Of a stretch of DNA of 64,000 nt, positions 30,340-45,092 are shown in pieces (position 1 is the stretch's first letter; each line of letters starts with the position of its first letter). The DNA lies in assembly GCF_009914755.1 (NCBI RefSeq), contig NC_060934.1. One strand, written 5' to 3'. The DNA is from the human T2T-CHM13v2.0 reference genome, Homo sapiens. The notes beneath the pieces are model-generated. The model was not told where the DNA came from. It made no database searches and worked only from the letters and a program-made list of their open reading frames with translations. The position numbers and the translations under genes are program-made.

Positions 30340-31568
30340 ACAACCTTATCCATGTCTTCACTCTATTTAAACTTCCTAACTCTTTTGGAGCTCGTTGTGA
30401 TAAGTTATATTTTTCTAAGAAACTATCCATTTGTTAAATGTTTTCAAATATAGCTGAATAAAATGGATCAAGTTAATCTTTATGATTTTATTTTCTGTTG
30501 CTTTTTCCTCTGCAAAAATAAATAATTAATTTTTAATTTTTGTTTCTGGTTATTTCTCCCTTATTGTTTTTTCTTTGTGGTGTTTAAAAAGCTATTTTGC
30601 TTATATTATTTAGCAGTTTACACATTCCACCCCACCCCATCCCCCAACCATGAACTTTTGTATTTATTTCTCAATTGTACTGTTTTTTCCCCAAATCACT
30701 GATTTATATTTTTCTTTGTTAATGCTTCCTTTATGCTTTCTTTCAGTTTATTTTTCTTTAAATGACTAAATGTACTTATTTTAAAATAATTATACAGTAA
30801 AATTGACATTTTTTACTCTTTGAAGGTAAAGTCCATGAATTATAACATATATACATTCATGTGACTACTGCCATCACCACGGTACACAGTTGTTCTATGA
30901 CCTAAAAAGAAAACCCCCAAACAAGAAAACTTCGTGTGCTGTTGACACGCTTGCCCGGTCCCGGCCCCATCCCCCACTGATCTCCTTTGCTGTCATTCTG
31001 TTCTCCCCCACTGTAGTTTTGTCTTTTGGGCAATCTCATGCTAATAGAATCATCCCGTATATAAACTTTGGAGACCACTACTCTCACAAGCACAGTGCCT
31101 TTGAGATTCATTCAGATTGTTCTGGGTGTCCATACAGGCCAGTCTCTGTGGGGCTGCTGCACACCACACCCCCTCCCCACCAGCCCACCTCTGAGTGGGC
31201 CAAGGGCCCAGGGTCTATTTCCTGATAGAAATCTCAAGCAACAAGAGTAATTCCTGACAAGTGCCCATTTCCTTCCCTCATGACAAGATGCACAATTTAT
31301 CTTCCGGGAAGGAACGCCCAGCCTTTGGCATAACTTTCTTAAGACTCCCAATCTGCTAATTCATTTCAAGAGAAAGGAAAAACCCTTTGTTTCCAGGTGA
31401 GTGCTGGGAGTGTGGTATGATGGGGATTCTTCAGACCCAGGAAGTGACCTGGCCAAGGGTCCCCTGGTCTTCTCCATCCTTCCTTCCCCAGGTTGCCCCC
31501 TGCTCTCTGACCCCCTTCGCCTGATTCCAGCTGTGTTTTTAGTGCTCCCTGATGTTCCTGCACCCTGA

Positions 31569-31981
<413 letters not shown>

Positions 31982-32344
31982 TTTTTTTGTTTGTTTGTTT
32001 GTTTTACCACAAATGTCATACAGGCTGGTTGCAAGAAAATGCAAGTAACACATAAATATATTAAGTAAAATATAAATTGTGCTTTCACTGCCTGCCTCCA
32101 ACACCAAGGTCCATTTCAGAGGTGACCACTCTTTATGGACAGCTTGAGATATGTGCTTCCAGATTGTTTTGTGTGCATCTGCAAAGACACACACACACAC
32201 ACATCCCTCACACACGTGTTCACACATACCCCTGTACTTCTGTAGTAGACTCTTGGTGCTGTGTAGATTTTCTTCATCTGGCTGGTGCATCCTTCCCAGC
32301 TGCACCCTACTCTGGAGACTCAACCAGGGCAGAAGCAATCTGTC

Positions 32345-32584
32345 TCATCCAGAAATGTCTGGAAGTGGTACCCAGCCCGTAGAGCAGCCCCTAGTCAGCC
32401 ACTGAGTAATACAGGCACAAAATCCCCGCCCCCTTGCTTGGAGGTGGGGCCGCTCTGTGGTAGCTTTCGCATTCCAGAGCTCCCCTGGGACCAGGCTGAG
32501 GCTTCCACTGGATCCCTTGCCCGGCTTCTCCCCTGCCCTTCTAAGCTTCCCCTGAGAGCACTTTCTCAGCAAATCTCTTGCACA
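32345..32584 (+). mobile_element. LTR16-like ERVL LTR fragment
   Basis: TTCCAGAGCTCCCCTGGGACCAGGCTGAGGC..CTTCCCCTGAGAGCACTTTCTC..AAATCTCTTGCACA. Confidence 0.45.
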
Positions 32585-34825
32585 TAGGCCTGTGTAATAG
32601 GTATGCATAGGCACACGTAGCTGTTCTCAGAGAGGAGCTCCTGCTCACTGAAGCAGAGGGTGGTGTCTTTCTTCACATGACAGCACCCCATGGCCACCTC
32701 TGAATGTGAGTCTACTTCACTTTCTTATGGCAGCAGAGCTCCCCCTGGAATTGATTAATAGCCCTATTAGTGAGATTGAGCTCATTCATTCATTAGACAC
32801 ATGGTTTATGAAGTGCTACTGTATGCCAAGTACTGCTTTAAGCACTGGGGCTGTCTCCAACTTTTCTCTCTTACAGAAGATCGGAATATTTTTAAAGCAT
32901 ATTCAAGCATTTGTGTAAATGGTTCTGAAGCACAGATTCCTGGAGATGGAATTGTGGGTCAGAGGGAAACTGCATTTGCAGCCAGGATGGGTGTCTCTTG
33001 GGGAAGTGTTCCTCCTTCAGCTCCAGCGACAGCTCCTTGCTTTGTGTCTACTTTTCTCCCCCATCTCTGCCTTGGCAACCTCTCCTCCCCAGCCCTTCCC
33101 ACCTACCCAGGGAACACCTGAAACCCTGGCAGAGCTGCTGCTGAGCCCTCCCCCATGCTGCTGATCTGGGCATTTGCCCTTCCTGCTGCCTCAGGCCCTC
33201 AGAAACCAAGGCCTCCCAGCCTGTCTTCTCTCTGGTCCCTGGTTTACGGAAGAGGATGTTGGGATTCAGAGAGGTTAAGTGACCTACTTTTCTAGACCAA
33301 TTTGTTCAAGTTCCTCCCAAACATCTCCACCAGCCTGTCCCAGAGGCACTTCAAATTCAGCATCCTGGATTATTCTCTTCATGTCTGCCCTAAAACTTGC
33401 CTTTTCTGTTCCCTATAATAAATGCCCAAGAGAAAATGTCCCATGACAGCTGACTCTCCCACCCCTCCTTGTCAGGCACAGGTCTCCTGAGCTCTCCTGA
33501 GCCTGTCTCCTGGGTCTGCCATTGTGACTGTCCCCTGCAGCCCTGATCTGGATTTGTGGCCACCAGCTCCCTTACTGCTTCCACCAGCTGGACATCCTTG
33601 GTCCTCACAGGCCCTGGAGAGTTCATCTTCCAGGGCTGCTGTCAGCATCCCCCCTTGGCTCAAGCAGCCCGCCGGGGACTCAGGAGGGCCGGTGGCACCA
33701 GAGGCCAGCGCAGTCCGACTCAGGTCATTCCATGCAGGCGCCTTTCAGGTCCTCAGGACCTGGGGACCAGCACCACACACAGCTGTGGGTCCTCTCGAGC
33801 CAATACCATGTCTCAGCCCCTGTAGCCTGCCCCGTGCTGCCCTCCTCTTACCTCGCAGGACCTCCTTTCTTGGCCCCCTGGATAGCTGCCTCTTCCTTTC
33901 CAGGACAGCCTGGGACTCTGGGATTTGCCAATATATGTGTGGGGCATCAGAGGAGCTGAGTGCTGCCTGTGAAGGGCATTGACGACGTGTCGGGGAAATG
34001 GGAAAGGATGGGAGGGTAGACATCCGGGTTGGTGTCCTAGAGATCCAAGACGCGCAGCTCACCATGCTGCTTGCCTTCAGGTGCCTCATTGGTAAGTCAA
34101 AGGCAACAGATAGAGGCTCCCAGAAGGCCCTTCCCAGAGAGCAACTCTTTAGAGATCTAAGCATCTTCGGAGAAAATTTGGGAGCTTGGATGGTTTGTAT
34201 CAGGCCTCTGTTTTTTCTTGGACTCTTTTGGGTATCTTCATGCCCCTCGAGTGCTTATCAGGATGCCACACGGCACAGCAGGTGGTGAATATATGTGTCA
34301 TAAGTGAGCGAGAAGCAAGGCTTTTCATCAGGGAAAGTATGACTTCTCTGATGGAGCAATGTCACTCCATTTTACTTACCTGCAGGAATGTTTAACACGA
34401 GAGTGACCAGGACACTGCAAGTGGCTGTGTTAGTTGGTAAACCTTTTCAGAGGACAGTTTAGTAATCCATATGGAAAGTTCTAAAATTATGCAATGCCTT
34501 TAATTTTACTTACTGAAATTCTAAAGAAATAATTAAGGATGTGTGTAAGATTTAGTGGAAGGTTGATCTTTGCAAGGGCTATTTATAATAAAGTTGAAAA
34601 CAACCTGTGTCCAATAACAGGAGATTGGTTAACTAAGTTCTGGAACTTAGATACAATGGAATTCTGAGTAGCCACTAAAAATTATGTTATTGAAGTATAT
34701 TTCGGGTGTGGGAAAAAAGTCGTAATAAGTTACTGAATTGAGTCATGTTATAAAATAGTATGTACTTAATGGAAACATTTTAGAACAAAAATGTATATGC
34801 TACACATTTTTAAACATCTGTGAGG

Positions 34826-34955
34826 GTCTTGCTACTCAAAGTGTGGTCCCCGGACCAGCTGTTTCTGCATCATTGGGAGCTTGTCAGAAACACAGAACTG
34901 CAGCCCAGCACAACCTCAGGTGATTCCCATGCAGAGAGGTCCCAACGCTGGGTTG
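34826..34955. mobile_element. MER5A-like MITE
   Basis: CTACTCAAAGTGTGGTCCCCGGACCAGC..GGGAGCTTGTCAGAAA..CAGGTGATTC. Confidence 0.7.
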
Positions 34956-37900
34956 CGGCACCCACACAAACATCACATCTGTGTGTGGGGCTACTAGGAG
35001 TCTATTATTTCCCCTTTTTGCTTATTTATTTGTGGCAACTGTATGTTACTGACATAATAAAGAAAAAAGAAAGATGGACACACTCTGAAAAACACACAGT
35101 GGGCTTCATTGTCATGGAAGCTTTCCTGGCTCTTTCCTGTCTGGGACGCCCTCACTGAGTTCACTTTAAGTCCCGCTCCTTCTTGGGTGCATTTGACTCT
35201 GGTATGGGGGGCTCTTGGCTTGAAGAGTGGCACTTTCAGAATCACTGCTGCTTTCAAAGGGGCTCTGCTCCTGCCAGACAGGGTGGAGACTGAAGGCCCA
35301 AGGGCCTTCGGTCCCCCAGACCCCACCCAGGGCATGGGCCAGGCCCCTTGCTTGCCCTCCCACTCTGCCGCATGGTCTGCCCATTAGGATGCAGGCCGCT
35401 TGGCAGATTAGGTCATTTCTTTTCCAGTAAGTGAATTGGCTACTTATGCATTCTCCTATAGCACCAACACCAGACACATTTCTCAATCCTCCTCCCCTGG
35501 TAGGACAAGGCCAGGAACAGACTGTTTCCACCTTCCTTACATCAATCTGTCAGGCTGCGGCAGGTGGCTCTGCTGGAAGGCCACTGCCCTCGTCCCTGGC
35601 TGTCCAGAAAAGTGTCTTTCCCCAGTTCCAGTGACGTCAGGTGGATGCTGCACCTGCAGAGGAGAGCAGCTGTCTCTGAAGCTGGCCCTCGGGTGACAAC
35701 CCCACAGGCGATGGTGAGAGCGAATGACGCTTGTGGCTCTCAGAGTGTGGATTACATGTGGCAGGCCATGGTCTTCGAAGCTCTGAAATAAGCAAGATCT
35801 TCTCCCCCCAGGCAAAGCATAGACTAAGCCCTGCTCTTTCTTCCAGTTGAGCAAGGAGGATCCAGAGGCTGGGGATGGGTTCCCATCTGACTTGGTTCTG
35901 AAGCCCATATCCTGGGAGTAGAGTTGCCAGCATGGTGCCTGAATATGGTGTATGGTTTCCCATGATCAAGGGTGACCAAAGTTTTAAAGACCCAAGAAAG
36001 TGCTGAGTCCAGTGGCCTGATTTCACTTGCTTTATTTTTTGCTGAGTACTGACCTTCCGTCAGGGTTTAGGGCCAACTTGTGTAGGTAGGGTGTGGGGAG
36101 GTCCGCACCTCGAGGAGCCCAGCATGGGTGTGGGGGGCTCGTGCTGGCTGGTTGCATCCGTGCCTGAGCTCAGCCTTCTTACACCTTTGCCCATGAATAC
36201 CACCCCCTGCCCCCGCACCCTCATTTTCAGAAGGTCCCACCCAGGAAAGGGGAGGTGCCACCAGCTATGGTTTGGGACAAGCTGGGCCCTGCAACCAGTG
36301 CTTATAGTGGGGAGGGGGTGGGGAGCGCAGGGGAAGGCATGGGTCACAGTGTACCCCATACCTACCCAGCCCTCTGCCTCCTTCACCTTTGTCACCCCAC
36401 TGTGTAGTTGTCACCTGTTCCCACCGCGTCTCCCACATGGCCCCTGTCAGCCTAGGGATCAGCCTGCTATCAGCACCTGCCGCCTAGTCCTAGCCGCCCA
36501 CTCCAGGGGCCTCCTGCTGCACTTGCCCTTCTCAGAGCAGCCACTACCCTGCAGACCTGACCAGGGTGGAGCATGTACAGCCTGCACCATTGGGAAGACC
36601 TGGTGAGGCTCAAGCTGAATTATTCTACATGCTTTCCTGTGAGTTCCAAAAATGTCTGAAAAAACTGAAGAACACATTGAGAGTCCTCAGCCACTCCTCT
36701 CTCCTCCGTGGATGCATTTATTTCACTGTCTTTTCTTTCCTTCCTGTCTCTGTTTCTCATGGAGGATGCTGTGTCGGCCCTCAATACTGGGGGCTCACTG
36801 ACCTTCCTCCAGCCTCATTCATTCCTCAGATGAGCAGTCCTGTCTCAGGGCTGAACTCCCCTCTCCATTAAATTCCTGCTTCTAAGGAGCCCCCAGACTG
36901 GATCAGGGGCTACCACATTCACCCACCTCTGGCAGCCTGTACACATGGATGCAATAATCCTGGAAGTTCCCAAGAAGGAAACCCCCACTGTGTGTTCTCC
37001 CAGGCCTCCTGGGGTGCTTCCTAGAGCAGGTGGGAGGAGCAGGAAAAGTGGCTTAACCAGCATCTCTTGATGGCTGTTGATAGAAATGTTATGCAGACGG
37101 GTGGGAGTGGGGAGGGATACAGAGCCAACGAGGCCCAGCACTCTCCTGAGGGCTAATCTTCGGAGTCCCTGGCAGGAGGCAGGGAGCAAGTAATGAAGGA
37201 GCAACGCCCAGCAGGAGGGAGTCATCGGACTGGAGACCAAGAAAGGCCCAAGGAGGCACTCAAATGCTGAAGGAATAAATGGTGGGCTCTGGACTTTAGT
37301 TAGCATTCCTTACAATGTGTTAGACGAGAAAGGGTCTGGGTTCAAATAGGCTAAGAAGTACTGCTCGCCCCCAGTTAAATGTGTTCATCTGTTGCAGAGC
37401 CTCTCAGAGCCTCTCTGTTCATTTTCATCAGAATTGAGAGGAAAAGTTGGCAGTGAGTAAAGGGAGCTGGGAGGCGACACGAGGAAAGGACTTTGTGGGT
37501 CATTGATCCATTGACCCCTCTCCTGTAAACTCTGCCTGCATGGCCATCACTCAAGGACAGCTGAAGGGTGGCCTGGAAGGGCCTGGAGGAAAGGTGGTCA
37601 TTGGGGTGGAACCCAGGACAGTGGCTGTGAGGATGTGGGAGGTGGGTGGCCAGTGGTCAGGACAGGGTTCTCCCTTGGATAAGGCCTGGGCCCTGCGTGG
37701 TCACCGTGATCAGGGCGGGCCAGGGCACCTTGAAGTAAGGCAGGACAAGGAGGCCCGGAGGCCATGAGCTGTGGGAGGGACCTGCGCTCCCCCAGGGCTT
37801 GCAGAGCACTAGGTGGGCAAACCTGGCCGAGGCCTCACTGTGGCCCTGTCCTTTGGTTCTGGGTATCCCTGGCCTTTCCCGGGAGGGAGAAGCAGCAGCA

Positions 37901-38189
37901 GATTGTCCTACCTCGGACATAGCGGGCTCCTTCCTTCCAGGGGCCTGACTGACCTGGCGGCACTCGGGGTAGCCTGCTGGGCGTTGACTCTTGTCGGCTC
38001 CTAGCCCTGGTCTCCTGGGCAAACCCCTGCACCAAAAGAAGAAAGGCCCCCACCAGCTCCATCCTAATCTCGACCCGCTTGTCTGCAAGAGGCTAAAGGA
38101 GCCTACTCGACTCTCATTCTCTGATTTTCTGTCCTCCCCTAAAACCTCAGGCTCATCCCTGGCTCCAAGCCCTTCATCTTCTGCTCTTA

Positions 38190-39630
38190 TTGCCTCCCGG
38201 CGCCCGGGATTTTGGGCTTTCTAACGCCCTCCGCAGCCTGCCAATTCTCTATCACCTAAGGCTGAAGAACTGCGTTTGTGAAGAGGGAGTGCATGGGGCC
38301 GGGGCGGGGCTCCCGTGGAGAGGGCGGGGCCTCCTGCGGAGGGCGTGGCCTGAGTGTAGGGTCGGGGGCTGTGGGCGGGGCGGGGCGGGGTCTGAGGGCC
38401 CTGCTGAGGAAAGCCGGTGCCTCCTGCTCCCCAGCCCTGTGCTCCCGCGCCCCCAGTCTCAGCGGGTTCCGGCTTAGTCCGGCACCCTGGGGGAATGCTG
38501 CGCTCTGGCTGGCAGCACGCCCTGCCTGCGCTCGCCCCGTCTTTGCTCCTGGTCACCATGCGTCCTGCACAGTTACCATCCGTGCCCACATGCTGCCCCG
38601 GGGTCGCCGTGTCCAGATGTGGCTGGGTCTTGGTGTCCCCGCTGCGCTCGTCCCTCCTGCCACCACCGTTTGCATATGGGCCTTTCCATTAAGAATCACG
38701 CGCTCCGGGCAGGGCCAGCGCGCTGCGGGCAGCTCCCTAAGACCCCGACGGGCGTAAGCCTCTCTGCCTCTCTGTCCAGTCTGGCCTGGGACAGACACCT
38801 GTGGACACCTGAGGCAAAGGGAAGTCGGGGCCCAGGGACATCTCAGGGGAATAGGGTCTCGGGAAAAAGGGAGAGGCTGGGCTACGAAGGGGAGCTGGGG
38901 TAGGCAGGGGAGCACAGCCCTGCAGGAGGGCAGGATGCCCGCCCGGGGCGGAAGAGCCGAGGGCAGGCCCTGGGGCGGGGCGCTGGGCTATGGAGACCAC
39001 GCTCCTCCGCCCAGTCCTGTCTGTCCGAAGCGACGCGGCAGGGCACAGGCGTCCGCAGAACCCGCCAAGCGCGGGACGGGCCTCTGCTCCTGGCTCCGCC
39101 GGCCTTCCCAGGCCCCGGGAGCCAGGAAGGTCTGAATGGAGTGATGCGCCTGGACTTTTGTTCGGAAATCCCGCGTGGAGGGCGGCCTAGCGGGGAGAGG
39201 CTGGAAACAGGCGAGGAGGAGCAGGCCCGCGGTTGTACGGGACAACGGGAACCGGGTCTTCCCTCGCTAAGAAAGGGAAGGGTCTCAGCCTTACTGAGAG
39301 GAGCCCCTGTGGAGGAAGCGGGCCTGCACCTGCGGCTTCCCTGCACCCCGCACGCCGTGCCCAGGCACTTCCTCCCCAACACAAGCAAAGGTAGCCCAGC
39401 TGCAGCCGGATCCTCCCTGAGCGCAGCGCAGGGGTCACAGCCCCCGACAGCTGCGCAAGTCTATTCCTCCCCCGGCCTTTTCAGCGGCCGTCCAGAGCTC
39501 AGCATCAGCGCTCCTGGCACAGACCCCACTGCTGACTCCATTCACTCCCCTACCCCCCCTTAAGCTATTTGAACTTCTCACGCCCTCCACCTGCAGGGCC
39601 GGGTTATGTCACCGGCTGACGTCAACAGCT
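38190..39630. promoter_or_regulatory. CpG island with Sp/KLF GC-box cluster
   Basis: GC boxes at 38301, 38322, 38341 and 38373-38390; candidate donor GGC|GTAAGC at 38754; TGACGTCA at 39617. Confidence 0.72.
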
Positions 39631-40741
39631 GTAGAGGAATAGGAGCAGGTTTCCGTTTTCCTCTCCCGGCACCTGGCCAAATGCCCAGATATGCACCCAC
39701 TCCCTACTGCTGCCTCCTTATGGCTGCCCACCAGCCCCACTGAGATCGAATGGGGAGCCTGTAAATCCTGATGTCACCCAGTCTCGGGGCCGGGAGAAGC
39801 TCTGAGCCAGGCCCCCAAACCTGGCAGGGTCCAGGGCTGGGGGCAGGTCAGGGGCCTAGCCTGTTCTCCTGCTGCCTGCCATGGCTGGCTCCAAGGAGGG
39901 TGGAGGCCACACTCCACACACTTCTGTCACCCAGCAGGCTCTCTGGCCTCAGCTCCCACTGGGCTTGGACAGTGGGAGCACCAGCAGGGTTCAGAGCCAC
40001 CTGGAAGCAGCTCACTCTCCAGGTCCCACCCCATCTGGGAGCAGCTCTCTCCCCAGGTACCCCCGCGGCAGCCGTGGGGGTGGCCTTCTCTACCAAAGCC
40101 TGCTCCTTGCTCCTGCCAGGGCCGTCTCTAAGGCGACAGCCACACCTGCTGTTGTCCCATCAGGCCTCAAAGAGGTCACGTTTCCCTGTCCTTTCCAGTC
40201 TCCTAAGCCCCACTTACGCCTCTAAACAGACTCTACCGATGCCCCAGGTCAGTGTTGGGGTCCTGGCTGGTGCAGCTGGTGGGTGTTTGCTCTCCTTGAA
40301 TTCATTCTAGTCTTTGACAAGCATGCATTGAGCACCTGTTGTGTACACTAGGCCTGTTTAGGTGCCAGGACAGGAGGAGTATGACTTGGGTCCTGGCCTG
40401 TGAGAGGCCAGGGCAAAAGCAGTGGGGAGGAGGAAGTGGTGGGGAGATTTAGGGCCCCATGTGATCCCCAGTACCCCAATTCATGTCCCAAAACGAAAAA
40501 AAATGGTAACTCTTGGCCATGTTGTGCAATAGTCCCTAATCAGCAATGTCAGCTGAGGACACGTCCGGTCCACATTATATTTAATGATGGTCTAGCACTG
40601 TCATTACCCATTTTTTAACAAGATGGCCAAGAAAGCCACCCTTGAGGGCACCAGATTGTCTTCCTGCTGTTTCTGTCATGCTCTGCTTCTGCACACAGGA
40701 GACACACTCACAGGCAACATGCAGACACACATACATGGGAG

Positions 40742-40748
40742 ACACACA

Positions 40749-40780
<32 letters not shown>
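40742..40780. repeat. (CA)n microsatellite
   Basis: CA run with one interruption. Confidence 0.93.
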
Positions 40781-40783
<3 letters not shown>

Positions 40784-43721
40784 GAGCGAAGCAGGAACTA
40801 GAGGCTGGCCAGCTCTACCTCTTCTCCACCAACATGTTTTGAGTCCCCTCGGACAAATCAGGCCCCATAAGGTATGGGGTCTCCCTCCCTGGTGGAGGTC
40901 ACCTAGGTGGTTCAGTCAAAGCCCCCAGTGGTGGACAGGCCGAGAGCAAAGAGGCTTCTCTTGGTCCCTGTCACTCCTCCCTCCTACACTCTCCTTTCCC
41001 CCTTGGCCCCAAAGACCAAACCATCTCTTGGACTCAGAGGCCTGTGAGGTCTCCTGGGGGTCTCCAGGCCTGGATGCACCCAGCTGCTTCTCCTGGGCAC
41101 CGAGGCTCCCGGCACGCCCCCTGTGACTGGGCTCTCATCTCATCTTCACCTCCGTGTCGTTCAGCTTGCCCTCCACCCATGCTGGTCCTACTGGCCATGG
41201 AAAGCCGCTGCTGCAAGACATCCTTCAGTGACTGTCCTGGCTTTGTGTCCATGCCCAGACTTAGGGGGAAGGGGAGAAGCACCAAGTCTTCAGCACAGAG
41301 TCAGTGAGGGGAGAGGAGGTGCTTCCAGTGGTTGGAAACGTTCGATTTCTTTTTAAGAGTAAGTTTTAGCTGATAAATTCCACTCCCGTCGATATCTTTT
41401 TCCAGAGAACACCTACGGAGATAAGGAGGTGTGCCCCACCCTGAGGGGCTCGGGGAGAGAGAACAAGCAGGAGGCTCAGCTTCCCCATCTTTGTGTCAAC
41501 AGCCCCTTCAGCTCTGCCATCCTTTGTCTAAACTCACTCTCCCGCACTAGAGCACACTGTCCTAGGGGGTGCTGTGTCTGCTCCCCCTACCTAGGTCCCC
41601 TGCACCCCACCCCACACCCCCACCTGCTGAATGAATGAATTCAGCAAGTGAATGAACAAGTAAATACCCAATATTTCCTTGCACACCTTGCACTTTGCAG
41701 AAAAGAGTTGGGTGGGGGCAGTTTTAATTCTTCTGTGCTCTCTCTTTCCATCTATAAATCCCTACCCTTGACCACCTGGGCCATCCTCACACAGCCCAGG
41801 GACACACACAGGGCTGGCTGTCATTCTTGATACCCTTCCCATTGTATCCTTCCTGTCCAGTGGACCCCCTCAAAAGACAGGAAAATGACTGTGACCACTA
41901 TGTAAATAGGGAGAGATGCCTTCAGGAGTCACTGCTGCCTTCAGGAGAGACCAGCACCCATGGAAAGGAGCCCTAAGGTCTCTACGGGTGTCTGTTTTCA
42001 TTTGGACAAGTAGCTTGATGAATGCGGACATGCAGTGGTAGGTTGGAAGTAGAGGCAAGAGCGGGGCTGAAAAGAGTGGACCTGTCTGGAAAGAAGTATG
42101 GGAACATCGGGCATCTCTTGGAACACTGCAGGAAGGTGCAGGAAGGAACAGCACAGAGCGGCAGCCTCAGCAGGAGCAGGAGGCCACTGTCCACTGAGCA
42201 CCTTCAGGTGTTTGCCAAAGTGCAACATGCACCCTTCCCCGAAGGCTGCCTCACACTCGGCCTTGGAGCTCCACGGTGGGATTTGGGGAACACAGAGACG
42301 TCCACAGTGAAACGACTCCATGAACTCAGCTGGCAGCAATAGGAGCTTCAGATCACAGGTGACCAGGAGAATACGTGCCCCTCAAGGACTATACAAACCT
42401 GGGGGAGGTGCTGGGTTTTCCACAATTCCACCCGACCTGTACCCTGGGACACCTGGGAGACCATAGGGAAGTGGGTGCTAGTGAGGCTACTGTTGCTGCC
42501 CCCCAGGCCCGTGGTGAGGGCAGGGTGCACCATCACAGCCGTTGGCCCCATTGGCAGAGCACACTCATATCACCCCCTGCTGCTTACACCAGCCTTGTCT
42601 GTACTCAGGAATAGGGACAGCAATCGTTCCCATTTTATAGATGGAAATCTGTGTCCTGCGGAGAGGACATAATTGACTGTACCTAGTAAGTGGTGCTATT
42701 AGGGCTGTTACTCGGACCCCTGTCCTGAGCCTGGACTTCCTCCTGCCAGGCTTGGAGAACCCCATCAGCCCACCCCTGCAGGAACCACCAGCTCCACACT
42801 GGCTTCCTAACCCACAAGCATCGCCAAATGTCCATCCCCCCGCCCCGGAAAACATTCAGTTGCATCTCTATCTTATACCCTTCACAAAATACATTTTGGG
42901 TGGACTAATTCTCACATGCAACATCCACAGTTGCCTTTATCTAAGTCTTAGAGTCAAAAACAAGAGGATAAGTTTATAAACTTAGGTTAAGAATCTTCTT
43001 AATTAGCACACAAAAATCAATAAATGAAAATAGTGATAAACTTGACTTCACCAAAATGAAAATTTTCCGTATGATAAAAGATTCCACAAACAAGCTTGAA
43101 GTCTTTCTACCAAATGGAGAAATAATTTGCCATGCGTACAAGTGGCCAGAAAATACAAACAAGTCCTACCAACCAGTAGGAAAAGACTAACAATGCAGCG
43201 TGAGGCACAGGCCAAGAAGAACAAGGGCAAGCGCAAACACAAGGTGGGAGGTGGGCAAGCTCACCACGGCCATGGCCATGGCCACTGAGGGATCCTGAGC
43301 CACGCCCAGGTCAGCACTAAGTTTCCATCAGCTGGCAAATGTTTTGAGTTCATAACACCTGGGAAGGGTGCAGGAGTGGGGAGCAGGTGTTTTCTTCATT
43401 GCCAGGGATTGTAAAGGGGTGGAGCTGCCCTGGGGCTTCCAGGCAGTGCTTACTGATGTGCCACTCATGCACCCAGGAGCTGGCACTTCCATCCTCAGAC
43501 TCCCCCAAGGCTCCCCCAGTATACATGAGAGCAGGTACACAGATGCCCAGCAGCACTGCCTGGGACCCTGCGTGAAAACTGAAAGGTCTAGAAGCAAATG
43601 AAAATACCATTTGTAAGAAAATGGTAAAAGGAAACTATGTGCCTATGTTTGCGCACGTGCATGTGTGCGTTTGTGTGTGTGCATCCATGTGTGTACGCCC
43701 ATGCCATGGAATACAATGCTG

Positions 43722-43777
43722 CAATGAGGTGGACAACGTCTACAATGAGGTAGACAACGTCTACAATGAGGTAGACA
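43722..43777. repeat. 21-bp tandem repeat, ~2.7 copies
   Basis: CAATGAGGT(A/G)GACAACGTCTA at 43722 and 43743, partial at 43764. Confidence 0.9.
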
Positions 43778-44251
43778 CAGGATGATCTCCAAGGTCAGTG
43801 AAAATGTTCCGTGCACACCAGACCCACTGCTCTTGGAATCAAGATAAACCCACTCCCTGCCTTCCAGGCCCTCCCTGGCCCCTCCTTCACTGCCTGCCCT
43901 TGCCCCCAGCCCAGCTCCTGGGCCCTCTGCTCTCCTATGGCCTTTCTCTGACCTCTCATCCACCTCAAGGCTGCCACGCATCCTTCACTCTGTTCTCCCC
44001 ACTGGAGCCGGCCCTGAGGCCGCTTCCCAAAGCAGCCTTTGCTAACCACTGCCCCTCAATGTGCACCATGCTCCTCGCTGAGGTGAGACAGGTGCCCAGG
44101 GGCCCTGTCTGATCACATGCTGCTCGCACAGCATGCTCTCCTAGCTGGCACCTGGGAGGTGGTGAACCTGCATGAACATCAGCTAGACGGCTAAGTGGTG
44201 GCACATAGATTCGGTGTCGTGTAAATGAGAGGCACAGAAAGCGGCGCTCTG

Positions 44252-44622
<371 letters not shown>

Positions 44623-44721
44623 TCATCTCCGCCCATGCCTCCTCTGGCCTCATGGACGGTGGCAAAGTGGAAACAATTTTAATCAAGGTCTGTATTTTTA
44701 ACAAAAAATGTATTAATGACT

Positions 44722-45092
44722 TCGGATTCTTAGGACTTGTGATTTTTCACCTTTACACTGGTGTGACCGCAATATGCACTCGGTAGAACACGAACTTCAG
44801 ATTTGGTGATATGCAATACAATGATCCCTTCAGATGCTGGGCAGTGGCGTGAGCACAGCTCTCGGCCAACATATGACTGCAGGCCAAACAGCTGCTACTC
44901 CAGGACGCTGTGGCGCTGGCTGATTCTGCCCAACTGTAGGTGAAAGTGAGTGCTCCAAGCGCGCTTAAGCGGGCTGGGCTCAGCTGTGATGCTTGCTAGA
45001 TTGGGTGGATTAAATGCACTCTCAACTCACCTTATTTTCAACATATGATGAGTTTATCAGGATGTAACCCCCTCAAAGTTGAGGAGCACCTG
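44722..45092. mobile_element. MER47-like Tigger MITE
   Basis: TGCCCAACTGTAGG..GTTTATCAGGATGTAACCCC..GAGGAGCACCTG followed by TA. Confidence 0.72.

Noticed and set aside
34370-34400. Minus-strand CAG|GTAAGT as a donor or recursive splice site
   Set aside because: Weak pyrimidine tract and no host transcript; a 9-mer can occur by chance in 64 kb
43722-43777. Palindromic direct repeat resembling a CRISPR repeat
   Set aside because: No spacers, under three copies, no cas genes, primate DNA
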